Below, piece after piece: positions 47,912 to 58,027 of a DNA stretch of 64,000 nucleotides. The position numbers and the translations under genes were made by a program. Numbering within the stretch: position 1 is the first letter of the stretch; each line of letters begins with the position of its first letter. The notes beneath the pieces are model-generated. The model worked only from the letters and a program-made list of their open reading frames with translations, was not told the DNA's origin and searched no databases. This stretch comes from a virus, in the IMG/VR virus record IMGVR_UViG_3300036857_000619, positions 1 to 64,000 of that record; one strand, 5' to 3'.

Positions 47912-49693
47912 CTAGCCGACCATCTGGCCATACGGCGTCGGCTGTAGCCTCGGCGCGATCACCTCGATGACAAACTGCGTCACCGCCAGCTCATCCTCGT
48001 GCGTGGTCAGCACGTCCAGGAACATCTGCGTCACGTGAATGCCTGGACGGGTGTCGCCGACCGGAATGCTGAGCGGGACCGTGAACGTGCTGGTGAGCAG
48101 TAGCCGTCCAACGGCGACGACCCACTCGCCGGCGCGGCCAGACCCGCGTCCCTTGACGATCAGCGTCAGCGGGACGGCCCGATCGGGCCGTCTGACGAAC
48201 CGCGCCAGGACGGGTACGTCCTGCGACGGTCTGGTGAACCCGACCGGTATCGACAGCGGGACCGGGAGGTTGGTTTCGACCTGCACCGGAATCCGCAGCG
48301 GGACGACCGTTCGAAGTGAGGTGAAGACGGCCTGGATCGGAATCCAGCCCGCCCGGTACAACTGCGTCCGCGCCGGGACGCTGCGCGGGGTGGCGTAGGT
48401 CTTGACCCACAGCTGGAGCGGAACCGTCAGGGCGTGCGGGGTGGGTTGGACGATCTGTCCCGTGGCAGGCACGGAGCGCGACCGACGGGTGCCGCCAAAG
48501 CACGCGGTGACCGGGATGTAGCGGTCCCAGTGCGCGATGAATCGAGCGGGGACACTGCGTTGCTGGTGCCAACGGAAGGCGGGATAGACCGGGACCGGGC
48601 GTTCCCTGGCAGGCAGGAACCACGCCGTGCCTGGAACCGACCGCTCGATCTGAGGTCGCGGGAGAGCCTCGACGTTCAGCGCGAAGCTGCCGATGCGGCG
48701 GCTGGGGACGGCGCGAACCTCGACGTTGAGCGCGAAGCTGCCAATGCGGCGCGGCGTGGGCGGCGTGGCGAAAACGACGGTGACTGGAACGACGCGGGTC
48801 GCGACGGGCCGGTAATCGACAAGGAAACCGAACGACCCAAGCTGGCGTGCCGGTGGCGGTGAGGCGAAGTCAACGACAAACCCAAACCCACCCAGTTGTC
48901 GCTGGGGTGGCGTGGGCTGGTAGTCGACGACGAACCCGAAAGCACCGACCTGGCGGAGTGGTCCTGCGGAGAAGCTCGCCGTAATGGGTACGCTGCGGAA
49001 GTTGCTGACGACCGTGGACAGCAGCGCCGTGGCAGGCACGCTGCGGGAGTTGGTGCTGATCGCCCCGTACCACCAGCGCTGGGCAGCGCTCGCATCCGTG
49101 ACGGCAACCACCACCGCGGCGGTGTCCAGTGACGCGGCGGCGGTAGGCGCAGTCGCCCTAATCCAGGGCGGGAATAGCCCGGAGAATTGCGCGAGCGCTA
49201 CGACGTTGCGCGACAGCCGCTGACCGCCGAATTGCGCGGTCGCCGGCACGCTGCGTCCCAGAAGCTGGGGCGGGACGTAGAAGTCGACGCTGACGCCCGC
49301 GGCGCCGACCTGGGGATACCCCGTGGCCGGACGGGCGAACTCGACGCTGATCCCCGCGCCACCCACCAGCGCGGCGGGCGGGTAGCGGTCGATCTGGAGC
49401 GCGACGCCGCCGATCTGGCGCGGCGCGGTGGTGACGATGTCCGGCTGCAGCCCGACGCCGCCCACCTGACGTCCGATGCCAGGCGTGATCTCGACGTTCA
49501 GCGCGACACTGCCGACTTGACGCGCGGGCGCCGTGGCCTGCACGTCCACGTTCAGCACGACACTGCCGACCCGACGCGCGGGCGCCGTGGCCTGCACGTC
49601 CACGTTCAGGGCATCGCCGCCTACTTGACGTACAGGCGGGGCCGCGACGATCTCGACGTTCAGCCCGACACTGCCAGCTCGGCGGTCGGTCAC
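47912..49693 (-). CDS. Beta-strand repeat protein (593 aa), putative fibre/scaffold
   Basis: About 13 R[QR][VIL]G[SGA]x[AG][LF]xV[DE] repeats and about 17 RSVP[AV]T-type repeats. Confidence 0.7.
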   Translation of the reverse strand: MTDRRAGSVGLNVEIVAAPPVRQVGGDALNVDVQATAPARRVGSVVLNVDVQATAPARQVGSVALNVEITPGIGRQVGGVGLQPDIVTTAPRQIGGVALQIDRYPPAALVGGAGISVEFARPATGYPQVGAAGVSVDFYVPPQLLGRSVPATAQFGGQRLSRNVVALAQFSGLFPPWIRATAPTAAASLDTAAVVVAVTDASAAQRWWYGAISTNSRSVPATALLSTVVSNFRSVPITASFSAGPLRQVGAFGFVVDYQPTPPQRQLGGFGFVVDFASPPPARQLGSFGFLVDYRPVATRVVPVTVVFATPPTPRRIGSFALNVEVRAVPSRRIGSFALNVEALPRPQIERSVPGTAWFLPARERPVPVYPAFRWHQQRSVPARFIAHWDRYIPVTACFGGTRRSRSVPATGQIVQPTPHALTVPLQLWVKTYATPRSVPARTQLYRAGWIPIQAVFTSLRTVVPLRIPVQVETNLPVPLSIPVGFTRPSQDVPVLARFVRRPDRAVPLTLIVKGRGSGRAGEWVVAVGRLLLTSTFTVPLSIPVGDTRPGIHVTQMFLDVLTTHEDELAVTQFVIEVIAPRLQPTPYGQMVG

Positions 49694-49703
49694 CGCATTG
49701 GCC

Positions 49704-50780
49704 TTAGCGGACCGTGACGCCCGCTTCTACAGCATTGACCGCGGCTGAGGTCCAGGCAGCGCCGGTGTTGGGATCTGTTTCCCAGCGGCTCACGACGTAG
49801 TTGGCGCTGGTTCCCAGCGCGGCGGCGGCCGCTTCGCTGGTGGTCGCGCCGCTTTTGAGAGTGGGCGCCAGCGATCCCGCGCCCGCGTCCGAGTTCTGCG
49901 CCAGCGCGATGGCCTCCACCACGTTGATGGAAAACCCCGCGGGCACATCCGTCATCGCATACAGATCGCGGTCACCCACGTTGGCCGACATCACGTAGTC
50001 GGACATGGACGGCGGCACCTCGTCCACCTGGCTCCAGTTGGCGCCGGAGTCCGTGCCGCCTCGCGTCAGCACGGTGCTGCTGCCCGCGCCGCTGGGTGTG
50101 AGCAGAATGACGCGCCCGTCGCCGGGACGGCCGTTATTGAGTGTGCCGTTGGTGTCGTTGACGGCCAGATCGTCGTACGCGTAGTAGGTGCCGGTCGTCG
50201 GAGCAACCCCACTGAGCAGCGTCAAGCCCACCTGAAGCACCTGGACGTTCAGCGTGCTGCTGGCCGTGTTGTCCACGCCGCTCACGTTGATGACCTGGCT
50301 CCCATCCAGCCAGAGCTCGCTGGTGCCGCTGGTCGCGCTGGTGATCTGCGTGCGCCATTCGATCACGTGCCAGCTGTCGGGCGGGCAAGCCGCGTTGGAC
50401 GAGGCAATAGAACCTCCCGAAGCGAGTGAGCCCGGCGCGCGGTAGATGCGCAGCAGACCATCAGTCGCCGACCAGCTCAACTGGGTCTGCTGTTGCCCGG
50501 TTGACTCAAGCCACTGCGCGATGGCTTCTTCCGTCGAATTTGTGGCGTGCGCGTAGAACGCAAACCGAACCCACACGTCCGTCTTCGGTGCGGGAAGCAC
50601 GAAGCTCTTGTAGGTCAGAGCGGCGCCGGACGCGATCTGGGCGTATTTCAGGCAGAACGTGCCCGCGCGAGGCGTCGGCGTGGTGCTGACGACCGTGAGC
50701 GTCGTGTTACCCCCGATGGTTGAGGTGCCAGCCTCGTTGACGTCGCCGGTCTCCCAGCCACATGTGAGTAAACGCGTCAT
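49704..50780 (-). CDS. ConA/LamG-like virion protein P1 (358 aa)
   Basis: MTRLLTCGWETGD...WHVIEWR...WLDG...DDLAVNDTNGTLNNGRPGDGR...GVTVR*. Confidence 0.75.
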   Translation of the reverse strand: MTRLLTCGWETGDVNEAGTSTIGGNTTLTVVSTTPTPRAGTFCLKYAQIASGAALTYKSFVLPAPKTDVWVRFAFYAHATNSTEEAIAQWLESTGQQQTQLSWSATDGLLRIYRAPGSLASGGSIASSNAACPPDSWHVIEWRTQITSATSGTSELWLDGSQVINVSGVDNTASSTLNVQVLQVGLTLLSGVAPTTGTYYAYDDLAVNDTNGTLNNGRPGDGRVILLTPSGAGSSTVLTRGGTDSGANWSQVDEVPPSMSDYVMSANVGDRDLYAMTDVPAGFSINVVEAIALAQNSDAGAGSLAPTLKSGATTSEAAAAALGTSANYVVSRWETDPNTGAAWTSAAVNAVEAGVTVR

Positions 50781-51838
50781 CGCACCGTAACCCCCGCTTC
50801 CGCGCCGTTGACGCCGGCGAACGTCCAGGGCTGCCCCGTATTCGGGTCGGTCTCGCGTGCCAGCCGCGGGTAGGCGGGCCACATGCCCAGCGTCACGGCC
50901 GAGCCTTCCAGCACGGCGGCGCCACTTTTGAGCGTGGCCGCGGCCGCGGCTTCGCCCGCGTCGCCCTTTTGCGCCTGGGCGACCACGTCTACCGCGTAGA
51001 TCACCACTGGCGGAGCCGCCAGGTCGGTGATGGCGTACAGGTCGCGGTCGCCGGGCGTGGCGGACTGGACGTAGTCCGCCACGGACATCGGCGACTCGTC
51101 CACCTGGCTCCAGTTGGCGCCGCTGTCGGTCCCGCCGCGCGTCAGCATCGTGCTGCTGCCAGTCCCACTCGGCGGCAGAAAGACCACCCGGCCGTCACCC
51201 GGCCGCCCGTTGTTGATCGTGCCGGTCGTGTCGTTGATGGCCAGGTCGTCGAAACAGTGGTAGCTAGCCCCCCGCACTACGCCGATACACCCGATACGCA
51301 GCTGCCCGATCGTCAGCAGCGTGGTCGCCGCGTTGTTGTCGCCGGAGAAGAGGATGATCTGCATGCCATCCAGCCACACCTCGGTGATGCCGCTGGTAGT
51401 GCTGCTCATCTGATGCCGCCATTCGAGGGTGTGCCAAACAGCCAGCGACACGCTCACGCTGGACGTCGCGACCACCGTGCCGTTGCTCCCCTGACACGCG
51501 TCGATGAATTGAGTGCTGCGCAAGCACAGCGAGGCCAGCGCCACGCCGTTTGGATCGCGCAACTCGCAGAACGGCGCGATGCTATCGCCGGAGGCGCCGC
51601 CGTTGTATAGCTGGAAGTTTCCCGACCACCGTACCCAGACTTCGTTTGCAGCCGGACCGAACACAATCGTTTTGTAGGAACTATCGAAGGACGCGCTTGG
51701 CGTCCACGCCTTGATGCAGTACGCCGTGCGCGGCGTCGGGGACGTGTTGACCGCCGTCACGCTGCCGATGTTGGTGTAATCGAAGCCCAGCTCGCTGGAG
51801 TCACCCGATTCCCAGCCGCACGTCACCAGGCGGCTCAT
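50777..51838 (-). CDS. ConA/LamG-like virion protein P2 (353 aa)
   Basis: Same conserved termini; ATGA overlap. Confidence 0.75.
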   Translation of the reverse strand: MSRLVTCGWESGDSSELGFDYTNIGSVTAVNTSPTPRTAYCIKAWTPSASFDSSYKTIVFGPAANEVWVRWSGNFQLYNGGASGDSIAPFCELRDPNGVALASLCLRSTQFIDACQGSNGTVVATSSVSVSLAVWHTLEWRHQMSSTTSGITEVWLDGMQIILFSGDNNAATTLLTIGQLRIGCIGVVRGASYHCFDDLAINDTTGTINNGRPGDGRVVFLPPSGTGSSTMLTRGGTDSGANWSQVDESPMSVADYVQSATPGDRDLYAITDLAAPPVVIYAVDVVAQAQKGDAGEAAAAATLKSGAAVLEGSAVTLGMWPAYPRLARETDPNTGQPWTFAGVNGAEAGVTVR

Positions 51839-52893
51839 CGCGCCGTGATCCCAACTTCCGCGGCGTTCACCGCCGCCGGCGTCCACGCCGCGGAAGTATT
51901 CGGATCGGTTTCGTACTGGGTGCGGACATACGCGGGCGTGGTGGTGAGCGCTGAGGCAGCCGCCTCGTTGATCGTCGTTCCGCTTTTGATGGTCGGCGCC
52001 AGACTGGCCCCCACGTCCACGGCCTGCGCCAGCACGAGGTTGTCCACCGCGTTCACGCTCGTGGTGATGGCAGGTAGATCGGCCACGGCGTACAGATCGC
52101 GGTCCCCGATGGTGAAGGATTCGACGTAGTCGGTCATCGCCATGGGGTTGTCGTCGACCTGACTCCAGTTCGCGCCGCTATCCGGCCCGGAGAGCCGCAG
52201 CCACGTGGTGGAGCTGCCCACAGCGTTCGGAGTGAGCAGCACCACCCGGCCATCGCCGGGGCGGCCGTTGTTGATGGCGCCGGTCGTGTCGTTGATCGCC
52301 AGATCGTCGACCGCGTGCCACCAGTAGCGGGTGGACCCCCAGACGCCGAGGTCCAACTGCGCGACGTTCAGCAGCGTGCCGGCCGAGTTGTCGCCGGAGA
52401 AGCTGATCTGCTGGCTGCCGTTGACCCACAGCTCGGTGATGCCCTGCGTCAGGCTGGTCATCTGGTGCCGCCATTCGAGCGTATGCCACACCAACAGCGG
52501 CGCCGACTGGCTGGTGCCGAGTAGTGTGGTGTTGGTCGCGCCACCCTGGCGTGCGCGGATGAACCCGTCGACCCTCGAGTACGTGAGGCACGCCACCGCC
52601 GTCCCGCCGCTATCTCGCAGTCGGGCCACCATCCACTCGGTGCCACCCGCTAGCTGCGGACTGCGAAATTGCGCCGCCCAGCGGACCCACACCTCGGTGC
52701 GCGCTCCGAAGTTGAACGTCTTGTAGACGTCCGCGCCCGAGATCGAATTGATGCCCATGCGACAGCACCAGTTGCCCGCGCGCGGCACCGGCGTGCTGTT
52801 GACCGCGAAGATCTCGGCGCTGGGGCCCAGGAAGTTGGTGCCCGCCTCGTTGGGGTCGCCAGTTTCCCAGCCGCACGTCAGCAGGCGGGCCAT
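51835..52893 (-). CDS. ConA/LamG-like virion protein P3 (352 aa)
   Basis: MARLLTCGWETGD; same C-terminal block. Confidence 0.75.
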   Translation of the reverse strand: MARLLTCGWETGDPNEAGTNFLGPSAEIFAVNSTPVPRAGNWCCRMGINSISGADVYKTFNFGARTEVWVRWAAQFRSPQLAGGTEWMVARLRDSGGTAVACLTYSRVDGFIRARQGGATNTTLLGTSQSAPLLVWHTLEWRHQMTSLTQGITELWVNGSQQISFSGDNSAGTLLNVAQLDLGVWGSTRYWWHAVDDLAINDTTGAINNGRPGDGRVVLLTPNAVGSSTTWLRLSGPDSGANWSQVDDNPMAMTDYVESFTIGDRDLYAVADLPAITTSVNAVDNLVLAQAVDVGASLAPTIKSGTTINEAAASALTTTPAYVRTQYETDPNTSAAWTPAAVNAAEVGITAR

Positions 52894-53954
52894 CAGTGCA
52901 CCGTCACTCCAGCCTCGAGCGCATTCAGGTCGGCTACCGTCCAGCCGGCGGTGGTGTCCGGGTTGGTCTGGTACTGCTGGCGGAAATATTGCGGGCTGAT
53001 TGCGAGCGCTTGCGCAGCGCCTTCGGCTGTCGTGGCGCCCGTCTTGAGCGTGGGCGCCACCGACATCGAGCCGACGTCGCTGGTCTGGGCGTAGGCGAGC
53101 GCCTCGACGGTGTTCACCGACCAGCCGCTGGCCGCCGAGGGGACGTCCTGCAACGTGTACAGATCGCGGTGGCCAGCGGTGGCGTCGTACACGAAGTCTG
53201 TCATGGACATGGGCACATCGTCGACCTGCGACCAGTTCGCGCCGCTGTCGGTCCCGCCCCGCAGCAGCTGCGTGCTGCTGCCAGCTCCACTCGGACTCAG
53301 CAGCACCACGCGGCCGTCACCCGGCCGCCCGTTGTTGACCGTCCCGTTGGTATCGTTGATCGCCAGGTCATCGAACGCGTAGTACGGGCCTCCAGAGAGC
53401 ATGGCAGCACCCGTCCCCACAAGAACATTGCCTATATTCAGAGCCGAAGTCTGTGTGTTATCGACGCCGACGAGGTTGAGTGTCTGGGCGCCGTCGAGCC
53501 AGACCTCAACCGTGCCGACGGTCAGCGACGTCATTTGCCAGCGCACTTCGAGTGTGTGCCACTGATCGGCGCTCATTTGCAGCGCACTGGTCCCGAGCAA
53601 GAAGACGGTCGACCGATAGGCGCGTAACAGCGAGTCGCTGGTGGTCCAGGTCACGCGGCCTTGCAACGAGCCAGCGTTGTCGGAGAAGCTGACCAGCGCG
53701 TTTTCGCTGTTCGGGTTCGCGTGCATGAGCACTCCCAGGCGAACCCACACATCCGTCAGCGGGTTGGGGAGAACCCAGTTGACATTGGCGATGTTGACAG
53801 CGCCGATCGCCATGAGCTTCAGACAGTGCGCACCTGGAGCACGTGGCGTTGGTCCGCTGGATACCACCGTCGCGACACCTGGCCCATTCACCGAGAGCAA
53901 GCCCGACTCGTTCGGGTCACCAGTCTCCCAGCCGCAGGTGAACAGCCGCGTCAT
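52893..53954 (-). CDS. ConA/LamG-like virion protein P4 (353 aa)
   Basis: MTRLFTCGWETGD; same C-terminal block. Confidence 0.75.
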   Translation of the reverse strand: MTRLFTCGWETGDPNESGLLSVNGPGVATVVSSGPTPRAPGAHCLKLMAIGAVNIANVNWVLPNPLTDVWVRLGVLMHANPNSENALVSFSDNAGSLQGRVTWTTSDSLLRAYRSTVFLLGTSALQMSADQWHTLEVRWQMTSLTVGTVEVWLDGAQTLNLVGVDNTQTSALNIGNVLVGTGAAMLSGGPYYAFDDLAINDTNGTVNNGRPGDGRVVLLSPSGAGSSTQLLRGGTDSGANWSQVDDVPMSMTDFVYDATAGHRDLYTLQDVPSAASGWSVNTVEALAYAQTSDVGSMSVAPTLKTGATTAEGAAQALAISPQYFRQQYQTNPDTTAGWTVADLNALEAGVTVH

Positions 53955-54874
53955 TGGGTCGGCACCGCAAGCACGGGATAGTTGTTCGTGTTGGCCGTCG
54001 ACCCCCAGCCAAAGGGCGTGCGCACCTGTTGCGCGCTCACCGTATGGCGAGTGACCAGGACGAGAATGTAGTTTTCGGCGTTGTAGACCAGCCGCCCGTA
54101 AATCGGCGCCGGGAAGTCGTTCGCCGACGAGGCGTTCCACAAACTCATCGCAAAGCCCGCGGAAAAACACTTGCCGATACGACCCCGGATGCCCGCGGCG
54201 TCCTCGATCACCACGTATGGCCAGAGATAGTTGTTGCCGTCCACCAGACACGCGCGTTGCGGGTTGAGCCATGCCGCTCCTGCCTGTGACCCTCCGTTCG
54301 GCATGGACAGCGTGGCCAGCTTGGCGGTCACCCAGGAGGCAGTGTCGGCCCGATTGCGCGATACCCAGCAGGTGTCGACATCCATCTGGGTGGTCGCGGT
54401 CGGGTTGGCGATGAGCACGACGATGGGATTCGGCTCGCCCGCAAAGTAGGGCACCACATCGCCGAGAAAGAAAACCTGGCGCATGGACCCAAGTGACGCC
54501 GAATCCGCGTTCGTCTCGCCCGCACGCGGGCCTTCAATCGACATGAGCAAATGGTCCTGGCCGGCGCTGACCATCGCATGGATCGTGTCGGTGGTCGCAC
54601 CGGTCACCGAGTGCCAGCACAGATACCGCGTGAGCTTGTCGGTGCCGGAACCGGCGCTGTAGCTGCGGTAGACCCCCAGTTGCATGCGCTGCGCGGTCGC
54701 CGCCGCATCCGCCAGATCGACGTTCATCTGCGCCCCGCGCGAGGTCACGGCCTGCATGACGTTGCCCGTGCCGCCCGAGATGTTCGCCCAGTTGGAGGAG
54801 TTGAGAATGCGCGCCTTCATATCGGCGACGATGTTGGCCGGGGTCGAATTAAATTCTGCGAAGTAATTCGGCAT
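53951..54874 (-). CDS. Virion-associated hypothetical protein (307 aa)
   Basis: AAGGAG SD; lies within the structural operon. Confidence 0.7.
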   Translation of the reverse strand: MPNYFAEFNSTPANIVADMKARILNSSNWANISGGTGNVMQAVTSRGAQMNVDLADAAATAQRMQLGVYRSYSAGSGTDKLTRYLCWHSVTGATTDTIHAMVSAGQDHLLMSIEGPRAGETNADSASLGSMRQVFFLGDVVPYFAGEPNPIVVLIANPTATTQMDVDTCWVSRNRADTASWVTAKLATLSMPNGGSQAGAAWLNPQRACLVDGNNYLWPYVVIEDAAGIRGRIGKCFSAGFAMSLWNASSANDFPAPIYGRLVYNAENYILVLVTRHTVSAQQVRTPFGWGSTANTNNYPVLAVPTQ

Positions 54875-54883
54875 GCGGTCTCC

Positions 54884-55606
54884 TTACGCCACCACGCCCG
54901 CGTCGGCGGTATTGCTGTCGCGCCCCTTGTAGACAAACGCCGCCACCGGCGTCGGCGATGCGGGAAAATGGCTCAGATTGACGATCAACCCCAGCCAGGC
55001 CGCCGACGTGATCGTCCACTGCAGTCGCGACAGATTCGCCGCGGTGGCCGAGGCGTACGCCACGGCCGTTCTGATCGTCGTGCTCGAGCCGCTTTCGCCG
55101 TTGTTGACGAAGGTGTTGCCCGTCGACGCGCGAGCCGTCGAGGCGGTGTTGTTGGCCCAGGTGGTGGCCGCGATCACCAGATCGCCGACCGCCGGCGTGA
55201 TCGTCCCACTATCCGCGGTCACGCTCGTGCCGGACGTGGGCGTCCCGGCGGTGGCCGTCGGGGCTCCCTGCGACAGATCGGAGTCCACCCAGACGCAGCT
55301 GACGCCCGAGGCCGCCGTTCCGCCGCCGGTGAAATTGACCGTGTAGGAGGTCGGCGCGCCACCGCTGAAGTTGTAGGCAATCCAGATTTCGAGCGCCCGC
55401 GCGCCGCTAGTCGTAAACGCCAGACGCGTCGTCGTCGCGGTGCCGCTGGGAAAGGTGATGCTGGTGACCGCACCGGCCGTCGGCAGCGCGATGGTGAAGA
55501 TCAACAGCGTGGTCAACGGCGAGGGCGGCGTTAGCCCTCCGGCGGCGACGGCCACGCCCGTGGCGGCGGCACCTCCGGTTTGCGAACCGAGTTGGACCGC
55601 GGGCAT
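54884..55606 (-). CDS. Thr/Ala-rich beta-sandwich virion protein (240 aa)
   Basis: Two repeated beta modules (LLIFTIA / LVIAATT). Confidence 0.65.
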   Translation of the reverse strand: MPAVQLGSQTGGAAATGVAVAAGGLTPPSPLTTLLIFTIALPTAGAVTSITFPSGTATTTRLAFTTSGARALEIWIAYNFSGGAPTSYTVNFTGGGTAASGVSCVWVDSDLSQGAPTATAGTPTSGTSVTADSGTITPAVGDLVIAATTWANNTASTARASTGNTFVNNGESGSSTTIRTAVAYASATAANLSRLQWTITSAAWLGLIVNLSHFPASPTPVAAFVYKGRDSNTADAGVVA

Positions 55607-55640
55607 CAGCGCGTCTGCACCTTCACCATGTACAGCACCA

Positions 55641-56696
55641 CTACCGAACAGTCACACCGCCTTCAAGCGCATCGACGGCAGCCTGAGTCCACGCGGCACC
55701 GGTGTTTGGGTCAATCTCCCAGCGCGCGCCGATGTACGCCGGGCTGGTGCTCAAGTTTTGCGCAGTTGCTTCATCGATCGTCGAACCACTTTTCATCGTG
55801 AGCCCAAACGCGCCCACACCCGGAGCGGCGTTCTGCGCAAACGCCACGGCTTCGATCACATTGATGGGGCCGACACCGCTAGCAGGGGTATCGTTCATCG
55901 TGTAGAGATCGCGATCAGCCACCACGCCGGAACTGACGTACTGCGCCATCGACGGCGGCAGCTCGTTTTCCTGACTCCAGTTCGCACCCGTATCGGTCCC
56001 ACCCCGACTCAAGGTCGTAACCGAACCCGCACCATTGGGCACCAGCAGCACGATGCGCCCGTCACCGGGTCTGCCGTTATTGACCGTGCCGTTGGTGTCG
56101 TTGATGGCGATGTCATCAAACCCGTGGTAAACCGAGCCTCCAGTCCCAGGATTACCCAAGCCCCCAAGTTTGAGGCCAGCTAGATTGAGCGTGGCTGTCG
56201 CGGAATTGTCGCCGCTAAAGTTGACGACCCGCGCCCCATCGAGCCAAAGCTCCGTGGTGCCGGTGCTCGTCGTGAGTAATTGCGTACGCCACTCGATCAG
56301 GTGCCAGGTATCGATGGGAAAGCTGACGGTAGACGTTCCCAGCAGTGCAGGGCCGTACACACGCAGCAACCCGTCTGGCGGGTTATAGCTCAGGTATGTC
56401 TGGACCGCAGCACTGGCATCGGTCAGTTGCGCGAATGGGTACTCTGACAGGGTGCCTGTGGATGGATGTGTGAGAAACGCGAAGCGAACCCAGAGTTCTG
56501 TCCGTGCAGGCAGCACAAAGTTCTTGTAGCCAGTGTTCCCGATAGTGGTCGCCGCGGCTACTTTCAGGCAGTACGCACCGGATCGAGGCGACGGCGTGTT
56601 TGAGACCACCGTCGACGTAGCGTTGGAGTTGTTGACGGTGATCCCCGCTTCATTCACGTCCCCGGTCTCGTAGCCCGTCGTCAGCAGTCTGGCCAT
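55641..56696 (-). CDS. ConA/LamG-like virion protein P5 (351 aa)
   Basis: MARLLTTGYETGD...DDIAINDTNGTVNNGRPGDGR...GGVTVR*. Confidence 0.75.
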   Translation of the reverse strand: MARLLTTGYETGDVNEAGITVNNSNATSTVVSNTPSPRSGAYCLKVAAATTIGNTGYKNFVLPARTELWVRFAFLTHPSTGTLSEYPFAQLTDASAAVQTYLSYNPPDGLLRVYGPALLGTSTVSFPIDTWHLIEWRTQLLTTSTGTTELWLDGARVVNFSGDNSATATLNLAGLKLGGLGNPGTGGSVYHGFDDIAINDTNGTVNNGRPGDGRIVLLVPNGAGSVTTLSRGGTDTGANWSQENELPPSMAQYVSSGVVADRDLYTMNDTPASGVGPINVIEAVAFAQNAAPGVGAFGLTMKSGSTIDEATAQNLSTSPAYIGARWEIDPNTGAAWTQAAVDALEGGVTVR

Positions 56697-58027
56697 CAGT
56701 TGCTCACCCGGTAACCGAACGTGTCGGTCGTGAAGTCACTCGCCAGCCAGCCGCGATGGGCAAACGGATTGCGCTCGAGCGTGGCCGTGGTCAACGCCCA
56801 GCCAGCGTTGAGCGGGCCGTACGTCACCCAGGACGGAACTTCAATGGGCTTCCCTGGCTGGTCAATCGTCAACGTTGGTCCGAGCGCCTGCACGGCTGCC
56901 TCGCCAATCACCGTCTCCAGCGTGGAGTTGATCGTGCCCAGGCGTTTCGTGACGGCAGCGAACTGGACGGCGATGATCCGCCCGTGCGCTGTCAGCGCCT
57001 CCATCGTGTATTGATCCGTAGCCCCGAAGGTGCTGCTCGCCACGTTGGTCGCGTCGTCATCGCTTGTTACGTCAGCCACGTCCTGCCAGTTCTGAGTTGT
57101 CGGCGGCATGGGCGCAAACTGCGTGCGTGGTCCGGCTCCAGTAGGCCGCAGGGTGGTCGTCTTGACCACGCCCAGGAAGTCCGTCACATCTCCAGCCTGC
57201 GTATCAGCGATATACACATCGTCGTAGTCGTAGCACCATTCCCAGATGTCGAGGTCCCCTCCGCCAAGTCCCCAGGTGACGGCCCCGCGACCACCGATCG
57301 CGCCCAGATAGACCCACGGATAGCCGAAGCCGTAGCGGTTCGTTTCCAGTCCACTCTCGTTCAGGATTTCTTCGCCGTCCTGGCGAATCACGATGGTCCC
57401 GTCGGTGGAGATCCTGAATTCCAGGTACGACCAGATGCCTTCGCGCATGACCGGGCGCCTGGTGCGGGCGATCTCCTCACAGAAACGGTCCGCTGCATGT
57501 TGGACGTCGATGGCCAGGAAGTTGCCGCGTGTGATGCGAAATCCCAGATTCAACCGCAGATAGGTGTTCGGTGGATACGGACCACCCAACCCGAATTCCC
57601 ACCTGCTGTCGAAAAAATCCCACGTCTCCGGTCGGCCCAGGCTCAGAAAGTGCATGTCGAAGGAAGAATTCGGATTCCCCAGATAGACGAACACCCCCAG
57701 CGGATGTCCCGCTGTTCGTCTCCAACGCAACGCCATACCGATGACGAGGGTGGTGGCACCTGGCGTCGGGTGGCCGACGAGATAGTACGCCGCACCCCAT
57801 GATTGGTAGTGCATCCGCAGATAATTGCCGTCGCCTGTCCAGCCTGTTGGCCCGACGATGGTCTCTGGTGGAAACGGACCACCTGGCGGAAGCGGGTAAC
57901 CAACTCCGCCCCGGTTGTTACCCGGAATCGAATTCCAATCGTACGTACCCCACTTGGCTACCAGCGCGGTTGGGTCAGCGTTGGTAGCCGTGTACGTGTC
58001 GAAGGAGTCGAAGAAGAGCAGCGTCAC
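56696..58027 (-). CDS. Divergent ConA-like virion protein P6 (443 aa)
   Basis: VTLLFFDSFDTY...WSYLEFR...YDYDDVYIAD...FLG.V....LRP...NWQDV. Confidence 0.7.
   Translation of the reverse strand: MTLLFFDSFDTYTATNADPTALVAKWGTYDWNSIPGNNRGGVGYPLPPGGPFPPETIVGPTGWTGDGNYLRMHYQSWGAAYYLVGHPTPGATTLVIGMALRWRRTAGHPLGVFVYLGNPNSSFDMHFLSLGRPETWDFFDSRWEFGLGGPYPPNTYLRLNLGFRITRGNFLAIDVQHAADRFCEEIARTRRPVMREGIWSYLEFRISTDGTIVIRQDGEEILNESGLETNRYGFGYPWVYLGAIGGRGAVTWGLGGGDLDIWEWCYDYDDVYIADTQAGDVTDFLGVVKTTTLRPTGAGPRTQFAPMPPTTQNWQDVADVTSDDDATNVASSTFGATDQYTMEALTAHGRIIAVQFAAVTKRLGTINSTLETVIGEAAVQALGPTLTIDQPGKPIEVPSWVTYGPLNAGWALTTATLERNPFAHRGWLASDFTTDTFGYRVSN

Noticed and set aside
55607-55640. Read-through or frameshift extension of P5 into VVVLYMVKVQTR*
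   Set aside because: No slippery site; the P5 end matches its paralogs, so the stop looks genuine.
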